From positions 17,174,001 through 17,238,000 of the forward strand of contig OZ059894.1 of assembly GCA_964057225.1 (NCBI GenBank): a stretch of 64,000 nt of DNA. Direction: 5' to 3'. The stretch's first letter is position 1. Every line of letters begins with the position of its first letter. Positions 39,299 through 53,300 of this stretch are shown one piece after another. Position numbers and translations under genes: made by a program. Below the pieces are notes generated by a model. The model saw only the letters and a list, made by a program, of their open reading frames with translations. It searched no databases and was not told where the DNA came from. Source of the stretch: Auanema rhodensis (taxonomy: Eukaryota > Animalia > Nematoda).

Positions 39299-42200
39299 TA
39301 GTTGAAGTTCTCTTGAAATTCAATTAATTTTAAGCTTGAGTGTTCATCTATAGATATCAGATTAATAATATTCAGTTAAAAATAATCATGGAAAATTAGG
39401 AGGTTCATCGTAGTGAATGGATATTTCAGGCCGAGTGGTCTAGTGGTATGATTCTCGCTTAGGGTGCGAGAGGTCCCGGGATCGATCCCCGGCTCGGCCC
39501 ACGTTTTAACATTTTTTTTCGAGAAGTGTACTTCTTCTTCGTATTTAGTTGAAGTTCTCTTGAAATTCATTTAATTTTAAGCTTGAGTGTTCACCTATAG
39601 ATATCAGATTAATAATATTCAGTTAAAAATAATCATGGAAAATTAGGAGGTTCATCGTAGTGAATGGATATTTCAGGCCGAGTGATCTAGTGGTATGATT
39701 CTCGCTTAGGGTGCGAGAGGTCCCGGGATCGATCCCCGGCTTGGCCCACATTTTAACATTTTGTTTCGAGAAGTGTACTTCTTCTTCGTATTTAGTGGAA
39801 GTTCTCTTGAAATTCAATTGATGTTGAGCTTTAGTATTCACCTATAGATATCAGATTAATAATATTCAGTTAAAAATATATATAGAAAAAAAGGAGGTTC
39901 ATCGTAGTGAATGGATATTTCAGGCCGAGTGATCTAGTGGTATGATTCTCGCATAGGGTGCGAGAGGATATCAGATTAATAATATTCAGTTAAAAATAAT
40001 TATGGAAAAGTAGGAGGTTCATCGTAGTGAATGGATATTTCAGGCCGAGTGGTCTAGTGGTATGATTCTCGCTTAGGGTGCGAGAGGTCCCGGGATCGAT
40101 CCCCGGCTCGGCCCACGTTTTAACATTTTGTTTCGAGAAGTGTACTTCTTCATCGTATTTAGTTTAAGTTCTCTTGAAATTCAATTAATTTTAAGCTTGA
40201 GTGTTCACCTATAGATATCAGATTAATAATATTCAGTTAAAAATATATGTATATGGAAAAGTAGAAGGTTCATCGTAGTGAATGGATATTTCAGGCCGAG
40301 TGGTCTAGTGGTATGATTCTCGCTTAGGGTGCGAGAGGATATCAGATTAATAATATTCAGTTAAAAATAATTATGGAAAAGTAGGAGGTTCATCGTAGTG
40401 AATGGATATTTCAGGCCGAGTGGTCTAGTGGTATGATTCTCGCTTAGGGTGCGAGAGGTCCCGGGATCGATCCCCGGCTCGGCCCACATTTTAACATTTT
40501 GTTTCGAGAACTGTACTTCTTCTTCGTATTTAGTGGAAGTTCTCTTGAAATTCAATTGATGTTGAGCTTTAGTATTCACCTATAGATATCAGATTAATAA
40601 TATTCAGTTAAAAATATATGTATATGGAAAAGTAGAAGGTTCATCGTAGTGAATGGATATTTCAGGCCGAGTGGTCTAGTGGTATGATTCTCGCTTAGGG
40701 TGCGAGAGGATATCAGATTAATAATATTCAGTTAAAAATAATTATGGAAAAGTAGGAGGTTCATCGTAGTGAATGGATATTTCAGGCCGAGTGGTCTAGT
40801 GGTATGATTCTCGCTTAGGGTGCGAGAGGTCCCGGGATCGATCCCCGGCTCGGCCCACGTTTTAACATTTTGTTTCGAGAAGTGTACTTCTTCTTAGTAT
40901 CTAGTGGAAGTTCTCTTGAAGTTCAATTAATTTTAAGCTTTAGTATTCACCTCTAGATATCAGATTAATAATATTCAGTTAAAAATATATATGGAAAAGT
41001 AGAAGGTTCATCGTAGTGAATGGATATTTCAGGCCGAGTGGTCTAGTGGTATGATTCTCGCTTAGGGTGCGAGAGGTCCCGGGATCGATCCCCGGCTCGG
41101 CCCACGTTTTAACATTTTGTTTCGAGAAGTGTACTTCTTCTTAGTATCTAGTGGAAGTTCTCTTGAAGTTCAATTAATTTCAAGCTTTAGTATTCACCTA
41201 TAGATTTCAGATTAATAATATTCAGTTAAAAATAAACATGGAAAAGTAGGAGGTTCATCGTAGTGAATGGATATTTCAGGCCGAGTGGTCTAGTGGTATG
41301 ATTCTCGCTTAGGGTGCGAGAGGTCCCGGGATCGATCCCCGGCTCGGCCCACGTTTTAACATTTTGTTTCGAGAAGTGTACTTCTTCTTTGTATTCAGTT
41401 GAAGTTCTCTTGAAATTCAATTAATGTTGAGCTTTAGTATTCACCTATAGATATCAGATTAATAATATTCAGTTAAAAATAATTATGGAAAAGTAGGAGG
41501 TTCATCGTAGTGAATGGATATTTTAGGCCGAGTGGTCTAGTGGTATGATTCTCGCTTAGGGTGCGAGAGGTCCCGGGATCGATCCCCGGCTCGGCCCACG
41601 TTTTAACATTTTGTTTCGAGAAGTGTACTTCTTCTTAGTATTTAGTGGAAGTTCTCTTGAAATTCAATTAATTTTAACCTTGAGTGTTCACCTATAGATA
41701 TCAGATTAATAATATTCAGTTGAAAATAATTATGTAAAAGTAGAAGGTTCATCGTAGTGAATGGATATTTCAGGCCGAGTGGTCTAGTGGTATGATTCTC
41801 GCTTAGGGTGCGAGAGGTCCCGGGATCGATCCCCGGCTCGGCCCACGTTTTAACATTTTGTTTCGAGAAGTGTACTTCTTCTTAGTATCTAGTGGAAGTT
41901 CTCTTGAAGTTCAATTAATTTCAAGCTTTAGTATTCACCTATAGATATCAGATTAATAATATTCAGTTAAAAATAAACATGGAAAAGTAGGAGGTTCATC
42001 GTAGTGAATGGATATTTCAGGCCGAGTGGTCTAGTGGTATGATTCTCGCTTAGGGTGCGAGAGGTCCCGGGATCGATCCCCGGCTCGGCCCACGTTTTAA
42101 CATTTTGTTTCGAGAAGTGTACTTCTTCTTTGTATTCAGTTGAAGTTCTCTTGAAATTCAATTAATGTTGAGCTTTAGTATTCACCTATAGATATCAGAT

Positions 42201-45200
42201 TAATAATATTCAGTTAAAAATAATTATGGAAAAGTAGGAGGTTCATCGTAGTGAATGGATATTTTAGGCCGAGTGGTGTAGTGGTATGATTCTCGCTTAG
42301 GGTGCGAGAGGTCCCGGGATCGATCCCCGGCTCGGCCCACGTTTTAACATTTTGTTTCGAGAAGTGTACTTCTTCTTAGTATTTAGTGGAAGTTCTCTTG
42401 AAATTCAATTAATTTTAACCTTGAGTGTTCACCTATAGATATCAGATTAATAATATTCAGTTGAAAATAATTATGTAAAAGTAGAAGGTTCATCGTAGTG
42501 AATGGATATTTCAGGCCGAGTGGTCTAGTGGTATGATTCTCGCTTAGGGTGCGAGAGGTCACGGGATCGATCCCCGGCTCGAACCACGTTTTAACATTTT
42601 GTTTCGAGAAGTGTACTTCTTCTTAGTGTTTATTGGAAGTTCTCTTGAAATTCAATTAATTTTAAGCTTGAGTGTTCACCTATAGATATCAGATTAATAA
42701 TATTCAGTTAAAAATAAACATGGAAAAGTAGGAGGTTCATCGTAGTGAATGGATATTTCAGGCCGAGTGGTCTAGTGGTATGATTCTCGCTTAGGGTGCG
42801 AGAGGTCCCGGGATCGATCCCCGGCTCGGCCCACGTTTTAACATTTTGTTTCGAGAAGTGTACTTCTTCTTTGTATTCAGTTGAAGTTCTCTTGAAATTC
42901 AATTAATGTTGAGCTTTAGTATTCACCTATAGATATCAGATTAATAATATTCAGTTAAAAATAATCATGGAAAAGTAGGAGGTTCATCGTAGTGAATGGA
43001 TATTTCAGGCCGAGTGGTCTAGTGGTATGATTCTCGCTTAGGGTGCGAGAGGTCCCGGGATCGATCCCCGGCTCGGCCCACGTTTTAACATTTTGTTTCG
43101 AGAAGTGTACTTCTTCTTCGTATTTAGTTGTAGTTCTCTTGAAATTCATTTAATTTTAAGCTTGAGTGTTCACCTATAGATATCAGATTAATAATATTCA
43201 GTTAAAAAAAACTATGGAAAAGTAGAAGGTTCATCGTAGTAAATGGATATTTCAGGCCGAGTGGTCTAGTGGTATGATTCTCGCTTAGGGTGCGAGAGGT
43301 CCCGGGATCGATCCCCGGCTCGGCCCACGTTTTAACATTTTTTTTCGAGAAGTGTACTTCTTCTTAGTATTTAGTGGAAGTTCTCTTGAAATTCAATTAA
43401 TTTCAAGCTTTAGTATTCACCTATAGATATCAGATTAATAATATTCAGTTAAAAATAAACATGGAAAAGTAGGAGGTTCATCGTAGTGAATGGATATTTC
43501 AGGCCGAGTGGTCTAGTGGTATGATTCTCGCTTAGGGTGCGAGAGGTCCCGGGATCGATCCCCGGCTCGGCCCACGTTTTAACATTTTGTTTCGAGAAGT
43601 GTACTTCTTCTTTGTATTCAGTTGAAGTTCTCTTGAAATTCAATTAATGTTGAGCTTTAGTATTCACCTATAGATATCAGATTAATAATATTCAGTTAAA
43701 AATAATCATGGAAAAGTAGGAGGTTCATCGTAGTGAATGGATATTTCAGGCCGAGTGGTCTAGTGGTATGATTCTCGCTTAGGGTGCGAGAGGTCCCGGG
43801 ATCGATCCCCGGCTCGGCCCACGTTTTAACATTTTGTTTCGAGAAGTGTACTTCTTCATCATATTTAGTTTAAGTTCTCTTGAAATTCAATTAATTTTAA
43901 GCTTGAGTGTTCACCTATAGATATCAGATTAATAATATTCAGTTAAAAATATATGTATATGGAAAAGTAGAAGGTTCATCGTAGTGAATGGATATTTCAG
44001 GCCGAGTGGTCTAGTGGTATGATTCTCGCTTAGGGTGCGAGAGGATATCAGATTAATAATATTCAGTTAAAAATAATTATGGAAAAGTAGGAGGTTCATC
44101 GTAGTGAATGGATATTTCAGGCCGAGTGGTCTAGTGGTATGATTCTCGCTTAGGGTGCGAGAGGTCCCGGGATCGATCCCCGGCTCGGCCCACGTTTTAA
44201 CATTTTGTTTCGAGAAGTGTACTTCTTCATCATATTTAGTTTAAGTTCTCTTGAAATTCAATTAATTTTAAGCTTGAGTGTTCACCTATAGATATCAGAT
44301 TAATAATATTCAGTTAAAAATATATGTATATGGAAAAGTAGAAGGTTCATCGTAGTGAATGGATATTTCAGGCCGAGTGGTCTAGTGGTATGATTCTCGC
44401 TTAGGGTGCGAGAGGTCCCGGGATCGATCCCCGGCTCGGCCCACGTTTTAACATTTTGTTTCGAGAAGTGTACTTCTTCTTTGTATTCAGTTGAAGTTCT
44501 CTTGAAATTCAATTAATGTTGAGCTTTAGTATTCACCTATAGATATCAGATTAATAATATTCAGTTAAAAATAATTATGGAAAAGTAGGAGGTTCATCGT
44601 AGTGAATGGATATTTCAGGCCGAGTGGTCTAGTGGTATGATTCTCGCTTAGGGTGCGAGAGGTCCCGGGATCGATCCCCGGCTCGGCCCACGTTTTAACA
44701 TTTTGTTTCGAGAAGTGTACTTCTTCTTTGTATTCAGTTGAAGTTCTCTTGAAATTCAATTAATGTTGAGCTTTAGTATTCACCTATAGATATCAGATTA
44801 ATAATATTCAGTTAAAAATAATCATGGAAAAGTAGGAGGTTCATCGTAGTGAATGGATATTTCAGGCCGAGTGGTCTAGTGGTATGATTCTCGCTTAGGG
44901 TGCGAGAGGTCCCGGGATCGATCCCCGGCTCGGCCCACGTTTTAACATTTTGTTTCGAGAAGTGTACTTCTTCTTAGTATCTAGTGGAAGTTCTCTTGAA
45001 GTTCAATTAATTTCAAGCTTTAGTATTCACCTATAGATATCAGATTAATAATATTCAGTTAAAAATAAACATGGAAAAGTAGGAGGTTCATCGTAGTGAA
45101 TGGATATTTCAGGCCGAGTGGTCTAGTGGTATGATTCTCGCTTAGGGTGCGAGAGGTCCCGGGATCGATCCCCGGCTCGGCCCACGTTTTAACATTTTGT

Positions 45201-48200
45201 TTCGAGAAGTGTACTTCTTCTTTGTATTCAGTTGAAGTTCTCTTGAAATTCAATTAATGTTGAGCTTTAGTATTCACCTATAGATATCAGATTAATAATA
45301 TTCAGTTAAAAATAATTATGGAAAAGTAGGAGGTTCATCGTAGTGAATGGATATTTTAGGCCGAGTGGTCTAGTGGTATGATTCTCGCTTAGGGTGCGAG
45401 AGGTCCCGGGATCGATCCCCGGCTCGGCCCACGTTTTAACATTTTGTTTCGAGAAGTGTACTTCTTCTTAGTATTTAGTGGAAGTTCTCTTGAAATTCAA
45501 TTAATTTTAACCTTGAGTGTTCACCTATAGATATCAGATTAATAATATTCAGTTGAAAATAATTATGTAAAAGTAGAAGGTTCATCGTAGTGAATGGATA
45601 TTTCAGGCCGAGTGGTCTAGTGGTATGATTCTCGCTTAGGGTGCGAGAGGTCCCGGGATCGATCCCCGGCTCGGCCCACGTTTTAACATTTTGTTTCGAG
45701 AAGTGTACTTCTTCTTAGTATCTAGTGGAAGTTCTCTTGAAGTTCAATTAATTTCAAGCTTTAGTATTCACCTATAGATATCAGATTAATAATATTCAGT
45801 TAAAAATAAACATGGAAAAGTAGGAGGTTCATCGTAGTGAATGGATATTTCAGGCCGAGTGGTCTAGTGGTATGATTCTCGCTTAGGGTGCGAGAGGTCC
45901 CGGGATCGATCCCCGGCTCGGCCCACGTTTTAACATTTTGTTTCGAGAAGTGTACTTCTTCTTTGTATTCAGTTGAAGTTCTCTTGAAATTCAATTAATG
46001 TTGAGCTTTAGTATTCACCTATAGATATCAGATTAATAATATTCAGTTAAAAATAATTATGGAAAAGTAGGAGGTTCATCGTAGTGAATGGATATTTTAG
46101 GCCGAGTGGTCTAGTGGTATGATTCTCGCTTAGGGTGCGAGAGGTCCCGGGATCGATCCCCGGCTCGGCCCACGTTTTAACATTTTGTTTCGAGAAGTGT
46201 ACTTCTTCTTAGTATTTAGTGGAAGTTCTCTTGAAATTCAATTAATTTTAACCTTGAGTGTTCACCTATAGATATCAGATTAATAATATTCAGTTGAAAA
46301 TAATTATGTAAAAGTAGAAGGTTCATCGTAGTGAATGGATATTTCAGGCCGAGTGGTCTAGTGGTATGATTCTCGCTTAGGGTGCGAGAGGTCCCGGGAT
46401 CGATCCCCGGCTCGGCCCACGTTTTAACATTTTGTTTCGAGAAGTGTACTTCTTCTTAGTATCTAGTGGAAGTTCTCTTGAAGTTCAATTAATTTCAAGC
46501 TTTAGTATTCACCTATAGATATCAGATTAATAATATTCAGTTAAAAATAAACATGGAAAAGTAGGAGGTTCATCGTAGTGAATGGATATTTCAGGCCGAG
46601 TGGTCTAGTGGTATGATTCTCGCTTAGGGTGCGAGAGGTCCCGGGATCGATCCCCGGCTCGGCCCACGTTTTAACATTTTGTTTCGAGAAGTGTACTTCT
46701 TCTTTGTATTCAGTTGAAGTTCTCTTGAAATTCAATTAATGTTGAGCTTTAGTATTCACCTATAGATATCAGATTAATAATTTTCAGTTAAAAATAATTA
46801 TGGAAAAGTAGGAGGTTCATCGTAGTGAATGGATATTTTAGGCCGAGTGGTCTAGTGGTATGATTCTCGCTTAGGGTGCGAGAGGTCCCGGGATCGATCC
46901 CCGGCTCGGCCCACGTTTTAACATTTTGTTTCGAGAAGTGTACTTCTTCTTAGTATTTAGTGGAAGTTCTCTTGAAATTCAATTAATTTTAACCTTGAGT
47001 GTTCACCTATAGATATCAGATTAATAATATTCAGTTGAAAATAATTATGTAAAAGTAGAAGGTTCATCGTAGTGAATGGATATTTCAGGCCGAGTGGTCT
47101 AGTGGTATGATTCTCGCTTAGGGTGCGAGAGGTCCCGGGATCGATCCCCGGCTCGGCCCACGTTTTAACATTTTGTTTCGAGAAGTGTACTTCTTCTTAG
47201 TATCTAGTGGAAGTTCTCTTGAAGTTCAATTAATTTCAAGCTTTAGTATTCACCTATAGATATCAGATTAATAATATTCAGTTAAAAATATATATGGAAA
47301 AGTAGGAGGTTCATCGTAGTGAATGGATATTTCAGGCCGAGTGGTCTAGTGGTATGATTCTCGCTTAGGGTGCGAGAGGTCCCGGGATCGATCCCCGGCT
47401 CGGCCCACGTTTTAACATTTTGTTTCGAGAAGTGTACTTCTTCTTTGTATTCAGTTGAAGTTCTCTTGAAATTCAATTAATGTTGAGCTTTAGTATTCAC
47501 CTATAGATATCAGATTAATAATATTCAGTTAAAAATAATCATGGAAAAGTAGGAGGTTCATCGTAGTGAATGGATATTTCAGGCCGAGTGGTCTAGTGGT
47601 ATGATTCTCGCTTAGGGTGCGAGAGGTCCCGGGATCGATCCCCGGCTCGGCCCACGTTTTAACATTTTGTTTCGAGAAGTGTACTTCTTCTTCGTATTTA
47701 GTTGTAGTTCTCTTGAAATTCATTTAATTTTAAGCTTGAGTGTTCACCTATAGATATCAGATTAATAATATTCAGTTAAAAAAAACTATGGAAAAGTAGA
47801 AGGTTCATCGTAGTAAATGGATATTTCAGGCCGAGTGGTCTAGTGGTATGATTCTCGCGTAGGGTGCGAGAGGTCCCGGGATCGATCCCCGGCTCGGCCC
47901 ACGTTTTAACATTTTGTTTCGAGAAGTGTACTTCTTCTTAGTATTTAGTGGAAGTTCTCTTGAAATTCAATTAATTTCAAGCTTTAGTATTCACCTATAG
48001 ATATCAGATTAATAATATTCAGTTAAAAATAAACATGGAAAAGTAGGAGGTTCATCGTAGTGAATGGATATTTCAGGCCGAGTGGTCTAGTGGTATGATT
48101 CTCGCTTAGGGTGCGAGAGGTCCCGGGGTCGATCCCCGGCTCGGCCCACGTTTTAACATTTTGTTTCGAGAAGTGTACTTCTTCTTAGTATTTAGTGGAA

Positions 48201-50298
48201 GTTCTCTTGAAATTCAATTAATTTTAACCTTGAGTGTTCACCTATAGATATCAGATTAATAATATTCAGTTGAAAATAATTATGTAAAAGTAGAAGGTTC
48301 ATCGTAGTGAATGGATATTTCAGGCCGAGTGGTCTAGTGGTATGATTCTCGCTTAGGGTGCGAGAGGTCCCGGGATCGATCCCCGGCTCGGCCCACGTTT
48401 TAACATTTTGTTTCGAGAAGTGTACTTCTTCTTTGTATTCAGTTGAAGTTCTCTTGAAATTCAATTAATGTTGAGCTTTAGTATTCACCTATAGATATCA
48501 GATTAATAATATTCAGTTAAAAATAATCATGGAAAAGTAGGAGGTTCATCGTAGTGAATGGATATTTCAGGCCGAGTGGTCTAGTGGTATGATTCTCGCT
48601 TAGGGTGCGAGAGGTCCCGGGATCGATCCCCGGCTCGGCCCACGTTTTAACATTTTGTTTCGAGAAGTGTACTTCTTCTTCGTATTTAGTTGTAGTTCTC
48701 TTGAAATTCATTTAATTTTAAGCTTGAGTGTTCACCTATAGATATCAGATTAATAATATTCAGTTAAAAAAAACTATGGAAAAGTAGAAGGTTCATCGTA
48801 GTAAATGGATATTTCAGGCCGAGTGGTCTAGTGGTATGATTCTCGCTTAGGGTGCGAGAGGTCCCGGGATCGATCCCCGGCTCGGCCCACGTTTTAACAT
48901 TTTGTTTCGAGAAGTGTACTTCTTCTTAGTATTTAATGGAAGTTCTCTTGAAATTCAATTAATTTTAACCTTGAGTGTTCACCTATAGATATCAGATTAA
49001 TAATATTCAGTTGAAAATAATTATGTAAAAGTAGAAGGTTCATCGTAGTGAATGGATATTTCAGGCCGAGTGGTCTAGTGGTATGATTCTCGCTTAGGGT
49101 GCGAGAGGTCCCGGGATCGATCCCCGGCTCGGCCCACGTTTTAACATTTTGTTTCGAGAAGTGTACTTCTTCTTTGTATTCAGTTGAAGTTCTCTTGAAA
49201 TTCAATTAATGTTGAGCTTTAGTATTCACCTATAGATATCAGATTAATAATATTCAGTTAAAAATAATCATGGAAAAGTAGGAGGTTCATCGTAGTGAAT
49301 GGATATTTCAGGCCGAGTGGTCTAGTGGTATGATTCTCGCTTAGGGTGCGAGAGGTCCCGGGATCGATCCCCGGCTCGGCCCACGTTTTAACATTTTGTT
49401 TCGAGAAGTGTACTTCTTCTTCGTATTTAGTTGTAGTTCTCTTGAAATTCATTTAATTTTAAGCTTGAGTGTTCACCTATAGATATCAGATTAATAATAT
49501 TCAGTTAAAAAAAACTATGGAAAAGTAGAAGGTTCATCGTAGTAAATGGATATTTCAGGCCGAGTGGTCTAGTGGAATGATTCTCGCTTAGGGTGCGAGA
49601 GGTCCCGGGATCGATCCCCGGCTCGGCCCACGTTTTAACATTTTGTTTCGAGAAGTGTACTTCTTCTTAGTATTTAGTGGAAGTTCTCTTGAAATTCAAT
49701 TAATTTTAACCTTGAGTGTTCACCTATAGATATCAGATTAATAATATTCAGTTGAAAATAATTATGTAAAAGTAGAAGGTTCATCGTAGTGAATGGATAT
49801 TTCAGGCCGAGTGGTCTAGTGGTATGATTCTCGCTTAGGGTGCGAGAGGTCCCGGGATCGATCCCCGGCTCGGCCCACGTTTTAACATTTTGTTTCGAGA
49901 AGTGTACTTCTTCTTAGTATTTAGTGGAAGTTCTCTTGAAGTTCAATTAATTTCAAGCTTTAGTATTCACCTATAGATATCAGATTAATAATATTCAGTT
50001 AAACATATATATGGAAAAGTAGGAGGTTCATCGTAGTGAATGGATATTTCAGGCCGAGTGGTCTAGTGGTATGATTCTCGCTTAGGGTGCGAGAGGTCCC
50101 GGGATCGATCCCCGGCTCGGCCCACGTTTTAACATTTTTTTTCGAGAAGTGTACTTCTTCTTAGTGTTTATTGGAAGTTCTCTTCAAATTCAATTAATTT
50201 TAAGCTTGAGTGTTCACCTATAGATATCAGATTAATAATATTCAGTTAAAAAAAACTATGGAAAAGTAGAAGGTTCATCGTAGTGAATGGATATTTCA

Positions 50299-50370
50299 GG
50301 CCGAGTGGTCTAGTGGTATGATTCTCGCTTATTGTGCGAGAGGTCCCGGGATCGATCCCCGGCTCGGCCC
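50299..50370 (+). tRNA. tRNA-Pro body with anticodon ATT (Asn-reading); also at anticodon positions 52800, 53047, 56999, 60704; probably non-functional
   Basis: CTCGC TT ATT GT GCGAG replaces CTCGC TT AGG GT GCGAG. The rest of the cloverleaf is intact in four of the five copies. Confidence 0.8.
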
Positions 50371-53300
50371 ACGTTTTAACATTTTGTTTCGAGAAGTGTA
50401 CTTCTTCTTAGTATTTAATGGAAGTTCTCTTGAAATTCAATTAATTTTAAGCTTGAGTGTTCACCTATAGATATCAGATTAATAATATGTAGTTAACAAT
50501 AATTATGGAAAAGTAGAAGGTTCATCGTAGTGAATGGATAGTTCAGGCCGAGTGGTCTAGTGGTATGATTCTCGCTTAGGGTGCGAGAGGTCCCGGGATC
50601 GATCCCCGGCTCGGCCCACGTTTTAACATTTTGTTTCGAGAAGTGTACTTCTTCTTCGTATTTAGTTTAAGTTCTCTTGAAATTCATTTAATTTTAAGCT
50701 TGAGTGTTCACCTATAGATATCAGATTAATAATATTCAGTTAAAAAAAACTATGGAAAAGTAGGACGTTCATCGTAGTGAATGGATATTTCAGGCCGAGT
50801 GGTCTAGTGGTATGATTCTCGCTTAGGGTGCGAGAGGTCCCGGGATCGATCCCCGGCTCGGCCCACATTTTAACATTTTGTTTCGAGAAGTGTACTTCTT
50901 CTTCGTATTTAGTGGAAGTTATCTTGAAATTCAATTAATGTTGAGCTTTAGTATTCACCTATAGATATCAGATTAATAATATTCAGTTGAAAATAATTAT
51001 GGAAACGTAGAAGGTTCATCGTAGTGAATGGATATTTCAGGCCGAGTGGTCTAGTGGTATGATTCTCGCTTAGGGTGCGAGAGGTCCCGGGATCGATCCC
51101 CGGCTCGGCCCACATTTTAACATTTTGTTTCGAGAAGTGTACTTCTTCTTAGTGTTTATTGGAAGTTCTCTTGAAATTCAATTAATGTTGAGCTTTAGTA
51201 TTCACCTATAGATATCAGATTAATAATATTCAGTTAAAAATAATTATGGAAACGTAGAAGGTTCATCGTAGTGAATGGATATTTCAGGCCGAGTGGTCTA
51301 GTGGTATGATTCTCGCTTAGGGTGCGAGAGGTCCCGGGATCGATCCCCGGCTCGGCCCACGTTTTAACAATTTGTTTCGAGAAGTGTACTTCTTCTTCGT
51401 ATTTAGTTTAAGTTCTCTTGAAATTCAATTAATTTTAAGCTTGAGTGTTCACCTATAGATATCAGATTAATAATATTCAGTTAAAAAAAACTATGGAAAA
51501 GTAGGACGTTCATCGTAGTGAATGGATATTTCAGGCCGAGTGGTCTAGTGGTATGATTCTCGCTTAGGGTGCGAGAGGTCCCGGGATCGATCCCCGGCTC
51601 GGCCCACATTTTAACATTTTGTTTCGAGAAGTGTACTTCTTCTTAGTGTTTATTGGAAGTTCTCTTGAAATTCAATTAATTTTAAGCTTGAGTGTTCACC
51701 TATAGATATCAGATTAATAATATTCAGTTAAAAATATATATGGAAAAGTAGGAGGTTCATCGTAGTGAATGGATATTTCAGGCCGAGTGGTCTAGTGGTA
51801 TGATTCTCGCTTAGGGTGCGAGAGGTCCCGGGATCGATCCCCGGCTCGGCCCACGTTTTAACATTTTGTTTCGAGAAGTGTACTTCTTCTTAGTGTTTAT
51901 TGGAAGTTCTCTTAAATTCAATTAATGTTGAGCTTTAGTATTCACCTATAGATATCAGATTAATAATATTCAGTTAAAAATAATTATGGAAAAGTAGGAG
52001 GTTCATCGTAGTGAATGGATATTTCAGGCCGAGTGGTCTAGTGGTATGATTCTCGCTTAGGGTGCGAGAGGTCCCGGGATCGATCCCCGGCTCGGCCCAC
52101 ATTTTAACATTTTGTTTCGAGAAGTGTACTTCTTCTTAGTGTTTATTGGAAGTTCTCTTGAAATTCAATTAATGTTGAGCTTTAGTATTCACCTATAGAT
52201 ATCAGATTAATAATATTCAGTTAAAAATAATTATGGAAAAGTAGAAGGTTCATCGTAGTGAATGGATATTTCAGGCCGAGTGGTCTAGTGGTATGATTCT
52301 CGCTTAGGGTGCGAGAGGTCCCGGGATCGATCCCCGGCTCGGCCCACGTTTTAACATTTTGTTTCGAGAAGTGTACTTCTTCTTCGTATTTAGTTTAAGT
52401 TCTCTTGAAATTCAATTAATTTTAAGCTTGAGTGTTCACCTATAGATATCAGATTAATAATATTCAGTTAAAAATAATTATGGAAACGTAGAAGGTTCAT
52501 CGTAGTGAATGAATATTTCAGGCCGAGTGGTCTAGTGGTATGATTCTCGCTTAGGGTGCGAGAGGTCACGGAATCGATCCCCGGCTCGACCCACGTTTTA
52601 ACATTTTGTTTCGAGAAGTGTACTTCTTCTTAGTGTTTATTGGAAGTTCTCTTGAAATTCAATTAATGTTGAGCTTGAGTGTTCACCTATAGATATCAGA
52701 TTAATAATATTCAGTTAAAAATATATATGGAAAAGTAGGAGGTTCATCGTAGTGAATGGATATTTCAGGCCGAGTGGTCTAGTGGTATGATTCTCGCTTA
52801 TTGTGCGAGAGGTCACGGAATCGATCCCCGGCTCGACCCACGTTTTAACATTTTGTTTCGAGAAGTGTATTTCTTCTTAGTGTTTATTGGAAGTTCTCTT
52901 GAAATTCAATTAATTTTAAGCTTGAGTGTTCACCTATAGATATCAGATTAATAATATTCAGTTAAAAATATATATGGAAAAGTAGGAGGTTCATCGTAGT
53001 GAATGGATATTTCAGGCCGAGTGGTCTAGTGGTATGATTCTCGCTTATTGTGCGAGAGGTCCCGGGATCGATCCCCGGCTCGGCCCACATTTCAACATTT
53101 TGTTTCGAGAAGTGTACTTCTTCTTAGTGTTTATTGGAAGTTCTCTTGAAATTCAATTAATTTTAAGCTTGAGTGTTCACCTATAGATATCAGATTAATA
53201 ATATTCAGTTAAAAATATATATGGAAAAGTAGGAGGTTCATCGTAGTGAATGGATATTTCAGGCCGAGTGGTCTAGTGGTATGATTCTCGCTTAGGGTGC

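Noticed and set aside
29748-50934. Repeated 64-90 aa minus-strand ORFs ([24 protein letters not shown])
   Set aside because: These are antisense translations of the tRNA unit, opened or closed by spacer SNPs and lacking ATG starts.
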